The notes under the pieces are model-generated. The model was not told the origin of the DNA. It ran no database searches and worked only from the letters and a program-made list of their open reading frames with translations. DNA of 64,000 bases from Alphaproteobacteria bacterium. GTDB lineage: Bacteria > Pseudomonadota > Alphaproteobacteria > Bin95. The stretch is from assembly GCA_963665325.3 (NCBI GenBank), contig CAXXWS020000003.1, forward strand, positions 832,001-896,000, written 5' to 3'. Below, in pieces: positions 50,067 to 59,518 of the stretch (position 1 is its first letter; every line of letters starts with the position of its first letter). Position numbers and translations under genes: made by a program.

Positions 50067-51221
50067 CTACCCCACCATCTCGGCGATCCGGCTGGCAATA
50101 CGGTTGGCGGCGGACTTGACCGGGTCGTTGGCAAGATGGGCGTAGCGCGCCGTTGTCTGCACTTGCGTGTGGCCGAGCAGCTTCCCGATCATCGGAAGCC
50201 CTTCGCCGACCAGCAGTCCTCCACTGGCAAAGCTGTGTCGAAGGTCATGAATTCGCACATCGTCGAGCCCGGCCCGAGCCCGGATGCGCCGCCAGGGGTG
50301 TTGCAGGTCCGTCAGATGGCTGTCGGGCTTGCGCCCGGCGATCACCCACGGATTCCCCTCCTTCCGGTTGATTCCGCGCAGCACCGCGACGGCCGGATCG
50401 CCAAGATGCACCGTCTTGGCCCCCGACTTGCTGTCGGGTAGCCGCAATTCGCCCGCCTCCAGGTCGATATGCTCCCATCGCACCTTCTGGACCTCCGAGA
50501 GCCGGCAGCCCGTCAGCATCAGCAGCCGGATCGCCGCGATGGCGGCAGGCGTCTCCGAGCCGTCCCGGCCGATTTCCTTCAGGGTTTCTCCAAGGCGCCG
50601 GTACTCCTCGTCCGACAGGAACCGCTCCCGCTTCTCCTCGCGAAACCGCTTCACATGGCGGCACGGGTTCGATCCGTCCGGGCGCAGGCCCCAGACTTCG
50701 GCCATGTTGAACATCTTCGAGAGCACCCCGAGCGTCCGGTTGGCCTGGTAGGGGGTTTCCCGCATGCCGTGATGCAGCGCCGCAATGTCCTTGCGCTGAA
50801 TGTCGGGAACGCGGAGCTGGCCGATCCTGGGATCTATGAACAGTGTCACCGATCGGCGGTATTCCGCCGCCGTGCTCGGCTTGCAATGCGACGGCACATA
50901 TTCTTCCAGGAACCGCGTGCCCAGTTCCCGCATGGTCGGCGCGTTGGCATTGGCCCCGCCGCGCGCCGCCGGGTCCTTGCCCGCCCGTGCATCGGACATG
51001 ATCTCCGCCGCCCGGGTGCGCGCGTCGGCCGGCGTGACCGCGCCGTGGGGTCCGATAGTGACCTTGATCGCCCGTCCGCGGAAGCGCGTCTTGACGATAT
51101 AGACCTTGCGGCCGGAGGGATGGATGCGGATGCCGAAGCCCTTGAGATCGTCATCCCAGACAACGCGCTCGCGCTCCTGGGGATCGAGCGCGTCGACGGT
51201 TCTCTTGGTGATTTTGGCCAT
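50067..51221 (-). CDS. int: Tyrosine recombinase/integrase with arm-binding N-terminal domain
   Basis: VWDDDLKGFGIR arm domain; LTGCRLSE, HDLRHSFAS, LLGH..TTARYAH catalytic motifs. Confidence 0.93.
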   Translation of the reverse strand: MAKITKRTVDALDPQERERVVWDDDLKGFGIRIHPSGRKVYIVKTRFRGRAIKVTIGPHGAVTPADARTRAAEIMSDARAGKDPAARGGANANAPTMRELGTRFLEEYVPSHCKPSTAAEYRRSVTLFIDPRIGQLRVPDIQRKDIAALHHGMRETPYQANRTLGVLSKMFNMAEVWGLRPDGSNPCRHVKRFREEKRERFLSDEEYRRLGETLKEIGRDGSETPAAIAAIRLLMLTGCRLSEVQKVRWEHIDLEAGELRLPDSKSGAKTVHLGDPAVAVLRGINRKEGNPWVIAGRKPDSHLTDLQHPWRRIRARAGLDDVRIHDLRHSFASGGLLVGEGLPMIGKLLGHTQVQTTARYAHLANDPVKSAANRIASRIAEMVG

Positions 51222-51349
51222 GGCGCAATCCTCTCTTGCAATTCCCGATCAGGCACCATATAGGTACTCAGAGAACGCAAATCAAGGCGCAGGATGGCGT
51301 AAGGGAGCGCAGAAATGGTACCAATAATCCTATGTTTCATAGCTACTTA

Positions 51350-51368
51350 GCGCAATTCAGCGCAATTC
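51350..51368 (+). repeat. GCGCAATTC direct repeat, candidate integrase arm-type sites
   Basis: Copies at 51350-51358 and 51360-51368 between int start and att core. Confidence 0.5.
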
Positions 51369-51389
51369 TGTCTTAGTATTCCTATCAAA

Positions 51390-51434
51390 CTCATAACCTG
51401 AAGGTCGTAGGTTCAAATCCTACCCCCGCTACCA
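51390..51434 (+). other. att site: 3' half of tRNA-fMet (anticodon loop to CCA), not a complete tRNA
   Basis: CTCATAACCTGAAGGTCGTAGGTTCAAATCCTACCCCCGCTACCA; no D-arm or acceptor 5' half upstream. Confidence 0.92.
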
Positions 51435-53079
51435 CCGAGACCGACATTCCGCCTCGCGGGGTGTCGGTTCCGGTCCCTTTCCTTCCCGTCCCGCTCCCGG
51501 CCCATTCGAGGATGGTGCCGAGGTCGCCATGCAGCGCGGCGTGCAGCTCGCCGCGCTTCTCGCCGGGGGTGAGCACGATGCGCTCGATCAGCCCCCTTAT
51601 GGCCTCCGCCGCCTCGTCGCGATCGCGCGGGTCGGCTAGCGCCTCGGCGAGCCGCTCCACCTTGCGCCGGTAGATGTCCGCGATCTTCGGGTGGATGTCG
51701 GGCATGTCGGCCGGGACGGTGGATAGCCGCTCCTCGATCTCGTCCTGGCGGGCCTCAAGCTCGCGCATGCGGTCCATCATGCCCCGCGCATAGCCGCCGT
51801 CCTCGATCACCGCGACCATGGCCTTGATCTTCTTCTCTATGTCCGCAAACTCCCTGCGGTCCGTCGCGCCCGATGCGCGGCGCTCGCGGTTGAGGCGGTT
51901 GGTCTCCTCGGCATACGCCTTCATCGCCTCGGCGGCGGCCTCGGGCGCCATCAGCTTCTCCCTGAGCCCCGCCATGACCCGCTCCTCGATCTCGACGCGC
52001 CGGATGCCCCTGCCGTTGGCGCAAGAACCCGTCATGACGTGGTTGGAGCAGCCGTAGCGGTCCTGGCCGCGCTTGGCGTAGGAACCGCCGCACACGCCGC
52101 ATTCGAGCAGGCCCGACAGCAGGTAGCGGGGCCGGTGGGTGCTGTTGAGCCGGTTGGCATGGGCCGCGCGCGTCGCCGCGATGACGGTGGCGTATTTCTC
52201 GGAGATTTCCCCCTGCCGGGCCTTCGCCGCCTGCCACAGCGCGTCGTCCACGATACGAAGCTCGGGAACCTCGGCGATGATCCATTCCTCCGGCGGGTTG
52301 AGCCGCGCGACCCGCTTGCCGGTGTCCGGGTTCTTCATGAAGCGCTGCCGGTTCCACACCAGCCGGCCGATATAGAGCTCGTTGTTGAGAAGCCCGGTTC
52401 CCCGCTTGGCATGACCGCGCAGGACGGAATCGCTCCACAGCTTCCCCTTGGGGCCGGGGATGCCGTCCTCGTTGAGACGCCGCGCGATCGCGCGCGGGCT
52501 GGTCCCCTGGGCGAACTCCCGGAAGATGCGCCGCACGATCTCCGCCTCGGCCTCGTCGATGCTGCGCTCGCCCCGGACCGGCTCGCCGGCGGCGTCGTGC
52601 AGCTTCACCACGTCGTAGCCGTAGCAGATGCCGCCGCCCGACTTGCCGGCCTCGACCCGGCCGCGAAGGCCCCGGTGTGTCTTGGCCGCGAGGTCCTTCA
52701 GGAACAGCGCGTTCATGGTGCCCTTGAGGCCGACGTGAAGCTCGTTGATCTCGCCTTCCGAGAGCGTGACGATCATCACCCCCGCGAACCGCAGATGCTT
52801 GTAGAGCACCGCCACGTCGGCCTGGTCGCGGCTCACCCTGTCGAGCGCCTCCGCGACCACGATCTCGAACGCACCCCGGCGCGCGTCCTCAAGCAGTGCC
52901 TGGACGCCGGGGCGCAGGATCACGCTCGCGCCCGAGACGGCGGAGTCCTTGTAGGTTCCCGTGAGCTTCCAGCCTTCGCGTTCGGCAAGCTCGCGGCAGA
53001 TACGGAACTGGTCCTCGATGGAGGCCGCCCGCTGCTGGTCGGACGAGTAACGGGCGTAGAGCGCGCAGCGCAGGGTCAT
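51391..53079 (-). CDS. Large serine recombinase (resolvase + recombinase + Zn ribbon)
   Basis: CALYARYSS catalytic Ser, LDRVSRD, YGYD, LLSGLLECGVCG, YGC..C; C-terminus VAGVGFEPTTFRL read antisense through the tRNA fragment. Confidence 0.93.
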   Translation of the reverse strand: MTLRCALYARYSSDQQRAASIEDQFRICRELAEREGWKLTGTYKDSAVSGASVILRPGVQALLEDARRGAFEIVVAEALDRVSRDQADVAVLYKHLRFAGVMIVTLSEGEINELHVGLKGTMNALFLKDLAAKTHRGLRGRVEAGKSGGGICYGYDVVKLHDAAGEPVRGERSIDEAEAEIVRRIFREFAQGTSPRAIARRLNEDGIPGPKGKLWSDSVLRGHAKRGTGLLNNELYIGRLVWNRQRFMKNPDTGKRVARLNPPEEWIIAEVPELRIVDDALWQAAKARQGEISEKYATVIAATRAAHANRLNSTHRPRYLLSGLLECGVCGGSYAKRGQDRYGCSNHVMTGSCANGRGIRRVEIEERVMAGLREKLMAPEAAAEAMKAYAEETNRLNRERRASGATDRREFADIEKKIKAMVAVIEDGGYARGMMDRMRELEARQDEIEERLSTVPADMPDIHPKIADIYRRKVERLAEALADPRDRDEAAEAIRGLIERIVLTPGEKRGELHAALHGDLGTILEWAGSGTGRKGTGTDTPRGGMSVSVVAGVGFEPTTFRL

Positions 53080-53092
53080 GGTCTCGGGTCTC

Positions 53093-53293
53093 CTATCGGT
53101 CGTGCGCCTCCTTCTCCGGCGCATTGTCGTTGGCGGCTTCCGGCCGGGCGAATTGCTCGCGCGCGATCTGGCGCCCGAGCAGCCGGGCGAGGCGCATCAC
53201 CGCGTCCTCGATCCGCGCTTCCGGCCCGCCGTTGTCGTTGGCGGCCGGGCCGTGCACTGGCGCCCGCTCTCGGCCGTTCCCGTCTCTTCGCAT
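53093..53293 (-). CDS. Small protein upstream of LSR, candidate recombination directionality factor
   Basis: GGAGG RBS; 66 aa with AANDN twice flanking a helix LARLLGRQIAREQF. Confidence 0.55.
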   Translation of the reverse strand: MRRDGNGRERAPVHGPAANDNGGPEARIEDAVMRLARLLGRQIAREQFARPEAANDNAPEKEAHDR

Positions 53294-53465
53294 CGCCTCC
53301 GCCTTCCCGGATACCATGACCCTGGAAGGGAGATTTGAACCTGCGGGCAAGCCTTGTCAAACGGCGCATTGGGGGATTTCCTGCATGGAATCAATGCCTT
53401 GTCCGCACAAGGCACGCCCTGGCACGCTGTGGCCGCGCGTGGCTACGATGAAAAAAATTTCGCAC

Positions 53466-53894
53466 TCATCGCGTTTCCGCGTAATCGGCCAGCGTCAGGA
53501 TGGACTCGCCGTGCTCGGTCAGCGTCACGGAATTCGCGAATCGACGGTCTGCCGTCAGCATGACCGCGCCGATGCGATGGGCGAGCGCGAGATACACGCA
53601 ATCGTAAATCGGACGGTCGAGCGCCAGCGCCAGACGCACGGCGTCGGCGGAGACCAGTTCATCGGCGCCCCAGCGCACCGGCATATCCGGCACGTCCGCC
53701 AAGAGGATGCCCGCAGCGCGGCGCTCTATCTCGCCCGTCCGGGCTTTGCGCCAGATTGCATTGGCGACCTCGGACGCCATCAGGCGCGGCGCGTGAAGGT
53801 CGTGGCCGCTCGTCGCCAGTTCCTCCGCAACATCCGTTTCTTCCTCGGCGACCAGCCACTTGACCGCCACGCTCGCATCGACCACGAAGCGCAT
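53466..53894 (-). CDS. vapC: PIN-domain toxin (VapC/FitB)
   Basis: VVDASVAVKW, SEVANA, IYDCVYLALA, LTADRR. Confidence 0.92.
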   Translation of the reverse strand: MRFVVDASVAVKWLVAEEETDVAEELATSGHDLHAPRLMASEVANAIWRKARTGEIERRAAGILLADVPDMPVRWGADELVSADAVRLALALDRPIYDCVYLALAHRIGAVMLTADRRFANSVTLTEHGESILTLADYAETR

Positions 53895-54154
53895 CAGAAG
53901 TCGTCGCGATGGCCGTGGTCGCGGTCCTCGCGGATCAGCACTTCCGCCGGGGTCTGCTTGCGTCCTTCGGTCAGGGGACGCAGCCGCTTCATGGTTTCCC
54001 GGAACGCGGCGCGCTTCGCCGCCATGTCGTCGTCGGCCGCGCATTGCAGGATGTGGCGCGCTTCGCCCTCCAGGGAGCGGTTGTTCTGCGCTGCACGCTG
54101 CTTGAGGCGGTCCACCACGTCATCGTCGAGCCGCCGCACATTGATCGTCACCAT
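53894..54154 (-). CDS. FitA-like ribbon-helix-helix antitoxin
   Basis: INVRRLDD..LKQRAAQNNRSLEGEARHIL..LIREDRD; overlaps toxin start. Confidence 0.9.
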   Translation of the reverse strand: MVTINVRRLDDDVVDRLKQRAAQNNRSLEGEARHILQCAADDDMAAKRAAFRETMKRLRPLTEGRKQTPAEVLIREDRDHGHRDDF

Positions 54155-54371
54155 GGGTTCGCCTCCAACCGTCGGTTATCAAACTGTTATCAGGTTGTCG
54201 CGGGACATGCAAGCCCCGGCGGGTAGGACACTGGGCGACATTTGCGGCCACGGGCGGACAGCGGCGGACGCAGGTATGTTCGTCCCTTGTTCTGCGCTGT
54301 CGGAGCGCATATCTGGCAGGGATGGATCGGCAGGAATCCGCTCATTTCGAGTCCATCGCGAGGCTGCCGCG

Positions 54372-57300
54372 ATGGTAGCGTCCATCGGCAAGATCGCTTC
54401 GCCGTCGCAGGGCGTGGGCTATTTCGAGAAGGACGGCTACTACGCCAGGGACGACGGGGCGCACCGCGAGGCCAGCGCCTGGGCCGGTAAGGGCGCGGCG
54501 GCGCTGGGCCTCTCTGGGCCGGTCGATCCCGAGCGCTTCCGGTCGGTGCTCGAAGGCGAGGTTCCGGGCGGCCGCCGTCTCGGGCGCAGGGAGATCGACG
54601 GCGCCATCGCGCACCGGCCCGGCCGCGACGTGACCCTGAGCGCGCCCAAGTCGGTCTCGCTGATGGCGATGGTGGGCGGCGACGAGCGCATCGTCGAGGC
54701 GCACGACAAGGCGGTGACGGCGACGCTGGGCTGGATCGAGGCGAACGCCGTCGAGACCCGGATGCGCGACCCCGCGACCGGGGCGATGGTCCGCGCCGGA
54801 GGCCAGAAGACGGTCGCGGCAACCTTCCGCCATGACACTTCCAGGAACCTGGATCCCCAGCTCCACACGCATGCCGTCGTCGCCAACATGGTCCAGGGCG
54901 AGGACGGCAAGTGGCGGACGATGGTCGATGACGGCCTGTTCAAGGGCAAGATGGCCATCGGGGCGATCTACCGGGCGGAACTGGCGCAGGGGCTGAAGGG
55001 GCTCGGCTACGGCATCGAGAAGACCCATGCCGACGGGCGGTTCGAGATCGAGGGCGTCCCGCGCGAAGTCATCGACGCCTATTCCACGCGCCGCGCCGAG
55101 ATCGAGGCGGCGATGGCCGAGCGCGGCATGGGGGAGTCGAAGGACAATCCCCATCTGGCGGCGCGGGCGGCGCTGATGACGCGGGCGGCCAAGCGGGACA
55201 TCGACCGGGACGAGCTCGGCCGCTCATGGCAGCGCCAGGCGAAGGGGCTCGGGTTCTCCGCAAGCAAGGTCCGCGCCCAGGCCCGCAAGGCGGAGCGGGG
55301 CCTGCTCGGCCCGGACCTGTTCGCGGGTCCAGGCTATGCGGCGGGCGACGCGGCGGCCTGGGCGGTGGCGCACCTTGCCGAACGCCAGTCGGTGTTCGGC
55401 CATGCCGACCTGCTGGCGGCGACGCTCGCCCGCGAGCCGGGCGCGGTCACCGTCGATGCGGCGGAGCGCGCCATCGGGACCCTCGAACGCGACGGATCGC
55501 TCCACGCCGCGCGCGGCCTCGACCATGGCCGGCACTGGACGACGGACGCGGCGATGGCGCGGGAATCCGAGACCATCGCGCTGATGCGCGCGGGCCAGGG
55601 GGCGGAGAAGACCGTCATGCGACGCTGGGTGGCGGAGACGAAGCTGCACCGGGGCCGGCTCAACGAGGGCCAGAAAGAGGCGGTCAAGACGATCCTCGCC
55701 AGCACGGATCGCGTCGTCGCGGTCCAGGGCTATGCCGGCACGGGCAAGACGACGATGCTGAAGCGCCTGCGGGCGCTGGCCGCCAGCCAGGGCTACCGCA
55801 CAATCGGGCTCGCGCCCTCGGCCTCGGCGGCGAAGACGCTTCAGAATGAATCCGGCATTCAATCCGAGACCCTGCAACGCTACCTCGCGCGCCATGACGG
55901 GATTGCCCACGGGCGCGGCACGGCGGCGGGGTTGCGCAAGCTCCGCGCCGCCAACGCGAAGACGATGCTGGTGGTGGACGAGTCCTCGCTCGCCTCAAGC
56001 GAGCAAATGAAGAATCTCCTGCGCATTGCGACGACGCTGCGCCTGCCCCGCGTGGTGCTGGTCGGCGACGAGAAGCAGCTCGGCGCGGTCGAGGCCGGGA
56101 AGCCGTTTGAGCAACTGAAGGCCGCCGGGATGACCACGACGGTGATGGACGACATCGTTCGCCAGCGCGACGCCGAGCTGAAGGCGGCGGTCCGGGCGAG
56201 CCTGACCGGCGACGTGAAGACCGCGTTCAAGAAGCTCGGCGACAACATCCGGCAGGTCGAGTACGGCGATCTCGGCACCGAGACCGCGCGGCACTGGCTG
56301 AACCTGCCGCATGAACAGCGCGCGGCGACGGGGGTGATCGCCCCGACGCGGGCGCTGCGCGACGAAATCAACGCCACGATCCGGGAAGAGCTGATCGCCG
56401 AAGGCGCGATCTCCGGCCCCGCCCGGCAGGGCGAGAAGCTGGTGCCGCGCGACCTCACCCGCGCACAGATGGCCCGCGCGTCCAACTACACCATCGGCGA
56501 TACGGTGATATTCACCCGCCCCTACAAGACGCTCGGGGTGGACAAGGGCGACGAGCGGCGGGTCGCCGGCATCGATCGGCGCTGGGGCGTGCTGCGGCTT
56601 GAGGACGCGAAGGGCGACAGGACGCCGTGGCGGCCGGAACGCATCGCCGCCGCCAAGGGCGGGGTCGAGGTCTATCGCGGCGAGGCGATGGAGCTTCGCC
56701 GGGGCGACCGGGTGCGCTTCACGCGCAACGATCCCGCCTCCGGGCTCACCAACGGCGAGACCGCGACGGTGGAAGCCGTCGGCCGGGACGGGGTTCGCTT
56801 CCGTCTGGAAAACGGTTCGCTGGCCACGCTCCGGCAGCACGACCCGCAGCTCCGGCATATCGACCGCGCCTTCGCGGCGACGGTGCATGCGTTCCAGGGG
56901 CGCACGGTGGACCGGATCGTCGCGGCGATGCCCGTCGGCAACCCGAAGCTGACCGACCAGCGCGCCTTCTATGTCGCGATCTCGCGGGCGCGCGATGCCG
57001 CCCGGCTCGTCACGGACGATGCCCACAAGCTCGCCGACCAGCTCGAACGGGCGACCGGCGAGCGTCTCGCGGCGCTCGATGCGACGGCGAAACAGGCCGC
57101 CTGGGAGACCGTGTTCGGGCGGGACCGCGCCGATGAGCGGGGCGGCGATCATCTGACACGCGCTTCTGACGCGATGGATCGCGGGGCGGAAGTCGCCCGC
57201 GACGGGCAGGACGGGCATGGGCGCGAGCGGCAATTGGGTCGCGGAACGGGCCGCGAAGTCCGCCGCGCGCGCGAGCGCGACCATCGAATCGCGCGCGAAA

Positions 57301-57491
57301 CCGGCCGGGACCGCGACGGAAAATCGCCCGCGCGCTCCACGGATCGCGAGCGAAGCGGGAAGGAATCGGCCGGCAAGGCCCCCGGCATCGACCGTGGCGG
57401 CGATGGCCGGCAGGCTGTTCCCGGCGAATCCGAACTCGAAAAGGCCGCCGGCGCGAAGCAGAAATCGCGCGACTTCGACCTCGGCATGTAG
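54372..57491 (+). CDS. MOBF relaxase-helicase (TrwC/TraI-like)
   Basis: YFEKDGYY, SAPKSVS, HDTSRNLDPQLHTH; helicase VQGYAGTGKT, VVDES, TVHAFQGRT, FYVAISRAR. Confidence 0.93.
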   Translation: MVASIGKIASPSQGVGYFEKDGYYARDDGAHREASAWAGKGAAALGLSGPVDPERFRSVLEGEVPGGRRLGRREIDGAIAHRPGRDVTLSAPKSVSLMAMVGGDERIVEAHDKAVTATLGWIEANAVETRMRDPATGAMVRAGGQKTVAATFRHDTSRNLDPQLHTHAVVANMVQGEDGKWRTMVDDGLFKGKMAIGAIYRAELAQGLKGLGYGIEKTHADGRFEIEGVPREVIDAYSTRRAEIEAAMAERGMGESKDNPHLAARAALMTRAAKRDIDRDELGRSWQRQAKGLGFSASKVRAQARKAERGLLGPDLFAGPGYAAGDAAAWAVAHLAERQSVFGHADLLAATLAREPGAVTVDAAERAIGTLERDGSLHAARGLDHGRHWTTDAAMARESETIALMRAGQGAEKTVMRRWVAETKLHRGRLNEGQKEAVKTILASTDRVVAVQGYAGTGKTTMLKRLRALAASQGYRTIGLAPSASAAKTLQNESGIQSETLQRYLARHDGIAHGRGTAAGLRKLRAANAKTMLVVDESSLASSEQMKNLLRIATTLRLPRVVLVGDEKQLGAVEAGKPFEQLKAAGMTTTVMDDIVRQRDAELKAAVRASLTGDVKTAFKKLGDNIRQVEYGDLGTETARHWLNLPHEQRAATGVIAPTRALRDEINATIREELIAEGAISGPARQGEKLVPRDLTRAQMARASNYTIGDTVIFTRPYKTLGVDKGDERRVAGIDRRWGVLRLEDAKGDRTPWRPERIAAAKGGVEVYRGEAMELRRGDRVRFTRNDPASGLTNGETATVEAVGRDGVRFRLENGSLATLRQHDPQLRHIDRAFAATVHAFQGRTVDRIVAAMPVGNPKLTDQRAFYVAISRARDAARLVTDDAHKLADQLERATGERLAALDATAKQAAWETVFGRDRADERGGDHLTRASDAMDRGAEVARDGQDGHGRERQLGRGTGREVRRARERDHRIARETGRDRDGKSPARSTDRERSGKESAGKAPGIDRGGDGRQAVPGESELEKAAGAKQKSRDFDLGM

Positions 57492-57938
57492 CTGCCCCTC
57501 CCTCTTTCCGGCCAAATCAGCGCCCTGCGCAAAGGAAAAATCCGTCGCAGCGCGCGCCCATCATGGTCGCCGATTTGCCCGAAACCGGACAGCGGATGCC
57601 AGGAGCGGCCGCGCGGCGACGGGGCCGCGCTCCCCTGTCCTGGGGCGGCCAGCGAGCGCCTCGGCGGTCTTGGGAAAGTCTGTATGCTCCGGGCGCTACG
57701 GCGTGGATTGCTCCAGCACGCCGCCGGGGCCGTCGCGCGCCCAGGGTTCTCCGGAGAATTGCCCCGCTCGACCCTAAGCCCTTGAAATACTGCGATGTGT
57801 TTGAAGCGTGTTGCGACGCAATGCGCCCTGGCACAAATCGGGGCTCGCGCTTTTCCAAGGGGGTTTTCGGAGCATACATGGGGCCACAGGGGGACAGGGC
57901 GTAGCCCATCGTGGCCAAGCGTAGCCGGAACAGGACAG

Positions 57939-57964
57939 GCATCACCGATGCGGCAGGTGTGAGA
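57939..57964 (+). other. Candidate MOBF oriT/nic site
   Basis: GCATC-ACC-GATGC hairpin followed by GGCAGGTGT; resembles R388/R46/F nic architecture. Confidence 0.5.
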
Positions 57965-58217
57965 ACCTTAACGGGCGCCAGCCCGTCCATGCGGACTCGG
58001 CGTCCAGCCGCTATGTCGGGGAAGCTCGCAAGGGCGTTTTCCATGGTCAAGCCGCCGCGGCGCATGAGGGGTGCGGACCCACGTCATGAACGCATCGCGC
58101 GCCGGACAGGGCCTGCGCACGCTTACCGGCGGCGTCAATCGTGCCAGGCGGCACGGCACGGTCGATGACGGCGGCGCTGTCGATGTCGGCAGCCCCGACC
58201 GGGTCCGGCGTAAGTCA

Positions 58218-58256
58218 AGAACAGATGTCGAGAACGAATGTCGAGAACGAATTGAC
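58218..58256 (+). repeat. Three imperfect 13-bp tandem repeats
   Basis: AGAACAGATGTCG / AGAACGAATGTCG / AGAACGAATTGAC. Confidence 0.8.
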
Positions 58257-58286
58257 GCCTCACCCCGGGCAGTGCTTCAATACTCG

Positions 58287-58441
58287 TTGCAAACCTTCAG
58301 GCAGTCCCGCTGAGTCGGGTCTCCTGCTGAATAGAACAGCCTGATACGCGACGTGGGGTAGCTCCCTGCGTTTGGCGAATAGGCAGGGTCTCTCAATCTG
58401 TCTGAGGGTTTGCAAAGGCCCGGCACCAGTCCCGTGCCGGG
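58287..58441 (+). ncRNA. Candidate structured leader RNA
   Basis: 18-bp helix 58287-58304 / 58398-58415 whose only non-Watson-Crick pairs are G-U; nested stems; downstream hairpin 58419-58441. Confidence 0.4.
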
Positions 58442-58468
58442 ATGCAATGCCAACCACGGGAGCGACAA

Positions 58469-59518
58469 ATGACATACTCGGATAGAGGATTGGCGCGAAC
58501 GGCGACTCTGGCCGTTGTCACCGCATTCGCTTTGCTCACCCTAGCTGCCTGTGGCGGCGGCGGTGGAGGTGGAGGCAGAGGCAGCCCCACCTCGATGATG
58601 CCACCCGGCGGTGGTGGCGGGGGGCAGATGACGGACGGCGGCACATCATCTGGCAGCAATGCGACCTACACCGTGAGCGCGGACAGCAGCACTTTCGGTT
58701 CGACCCCGGTCACGGTATCGCCCGACGCCATCACTATTGCGAATCAGACGATCAGGTTCAACTCTGCGTCGCAGGTAGGAGCCCAAGTCGGAATTTACCG
58801 CGCTTTTGATTCGCCGGGGACAACTAGTGGGCCGGCGACGGAGGTTCACTACTTCGGGCAGCACGATGGATACAGTTATATTCAGTTCGGCTCTTGGGCC
58901 AAGGGAGTCGTCAGTCCCAACCCAGGGTTCAGAATCGGAGACGACTTTGGTGCTTTTGTTGCTCCCTACGCAGACTCGGGATTGACCCCCGTCTCGAATT
59001 TGCCCGCAACTGGAACTGCTACTTGGCTAGGTCAATATACCGGCTATGTCGACAGGCAAGGGGTTGGAGTCTCGCACGTGGTCGGAAGAGCAGCAATGGT
59101 GGCGAATTTTGGCCACTCAGTATTCGGCGTTGACGACGGCAGCATGGCGGTTGAGCTCTTGCCACCCGATCCGCGTCGCTCATCCTTTGCCGCACCGCCA
59201 CCAGATCTTTGTGTATTCACTTGTGTTCCCACGGAGTACGGTGATCGCGTGTTGATGATTGGCCCAATCGACGGGAATACGTTTGAGAGCGATGTCACCG
59301 CCACACGCACCCTCGCGGGACAAACATTCCCGCGAGGCGATGCCATCTCAGTGGCCAACACGCAGTCGTTCAGCAGTCTATATTCACACGGCGGCGCAAA
59401 CAGCGGAGGATTCAACGGCGGATTCTACGGAAATCGAGGCGGTGAGGCTGGCGGAACCTATCAATTCACGATTGGAACTACGAAGGCCGCAGGCTCATTC
59501 GGCGGTAAACTTCAGTGA
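58469..59518 (+). CDS. Surface lipoprotein with TbpB/HpuA-like C-terminal beta-barrel
   Basis: Lipobox LAAC, poly-Gly linker, LPATGTATWLG, GGFYG..GEAGGTY..GSFGGK. Confidence 0.75.
   Translation: MTYSDRGLARTATLAVVTAFALLTLAACGGGGGGGGRGSPTSMMPPGGGGGGQMTDGGTSSGSNATYTVSADSSTFGSTPVTVSPDAITIANQTIRFNSASQVGAQVGIYRAFDSPGTTSGPATEVHYFGQHDGYSYIQFGSWAKGVVSPNPGFRIGDDFGAFVAPYADSGLTPVSNLPATGTATWLGQYTGYVDRQGVGVSHVVGRAAMVANFGHSVFGVDDGSMAVELLPPDPRRSSFAAPPPDLCVFTCVPTEYGDRVLMIGPIDGNTFESDVTATRTLAGQTFPRGDAISVANTQSFSSLYSHGGANSGGFNGGFYGNRGGEAGGTYQFTIGTTKAAGSFGGKLQ

Larger units (their letters stand above)
1..51434. mobile_element. Probable integrative conjugative element (right part; left end outside window) integrated at tRNA-fMet
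   Basis: F-type tra region, relaxase, CI-like repressor and cargo, ending in a tyrosine integrase adjacent to a tRNA-fMet 3' fragment. That all of this is one element is inferred, because the left att is not in the window. Confidence 0.7.

Noticed and set aside
51390-51434. Complete tRNA-Met gene
   Set aside because: Only the anticodon loop to CCA is present; upstream sequence cannot form the D-arm or acceptor stem
53124-54371. N-terminal extension of the 1455-aa relaxase ORF
   Set aside because: Overlaps the antisense TA genes; the true start MVASIG at 54372 matches the other relaxase
58218-58256. Alphaproteobacterial LexA box or CRISPR array
   Set aside because: GAAC spacing is 9 nt rather than 7; no spacers and no cas genes
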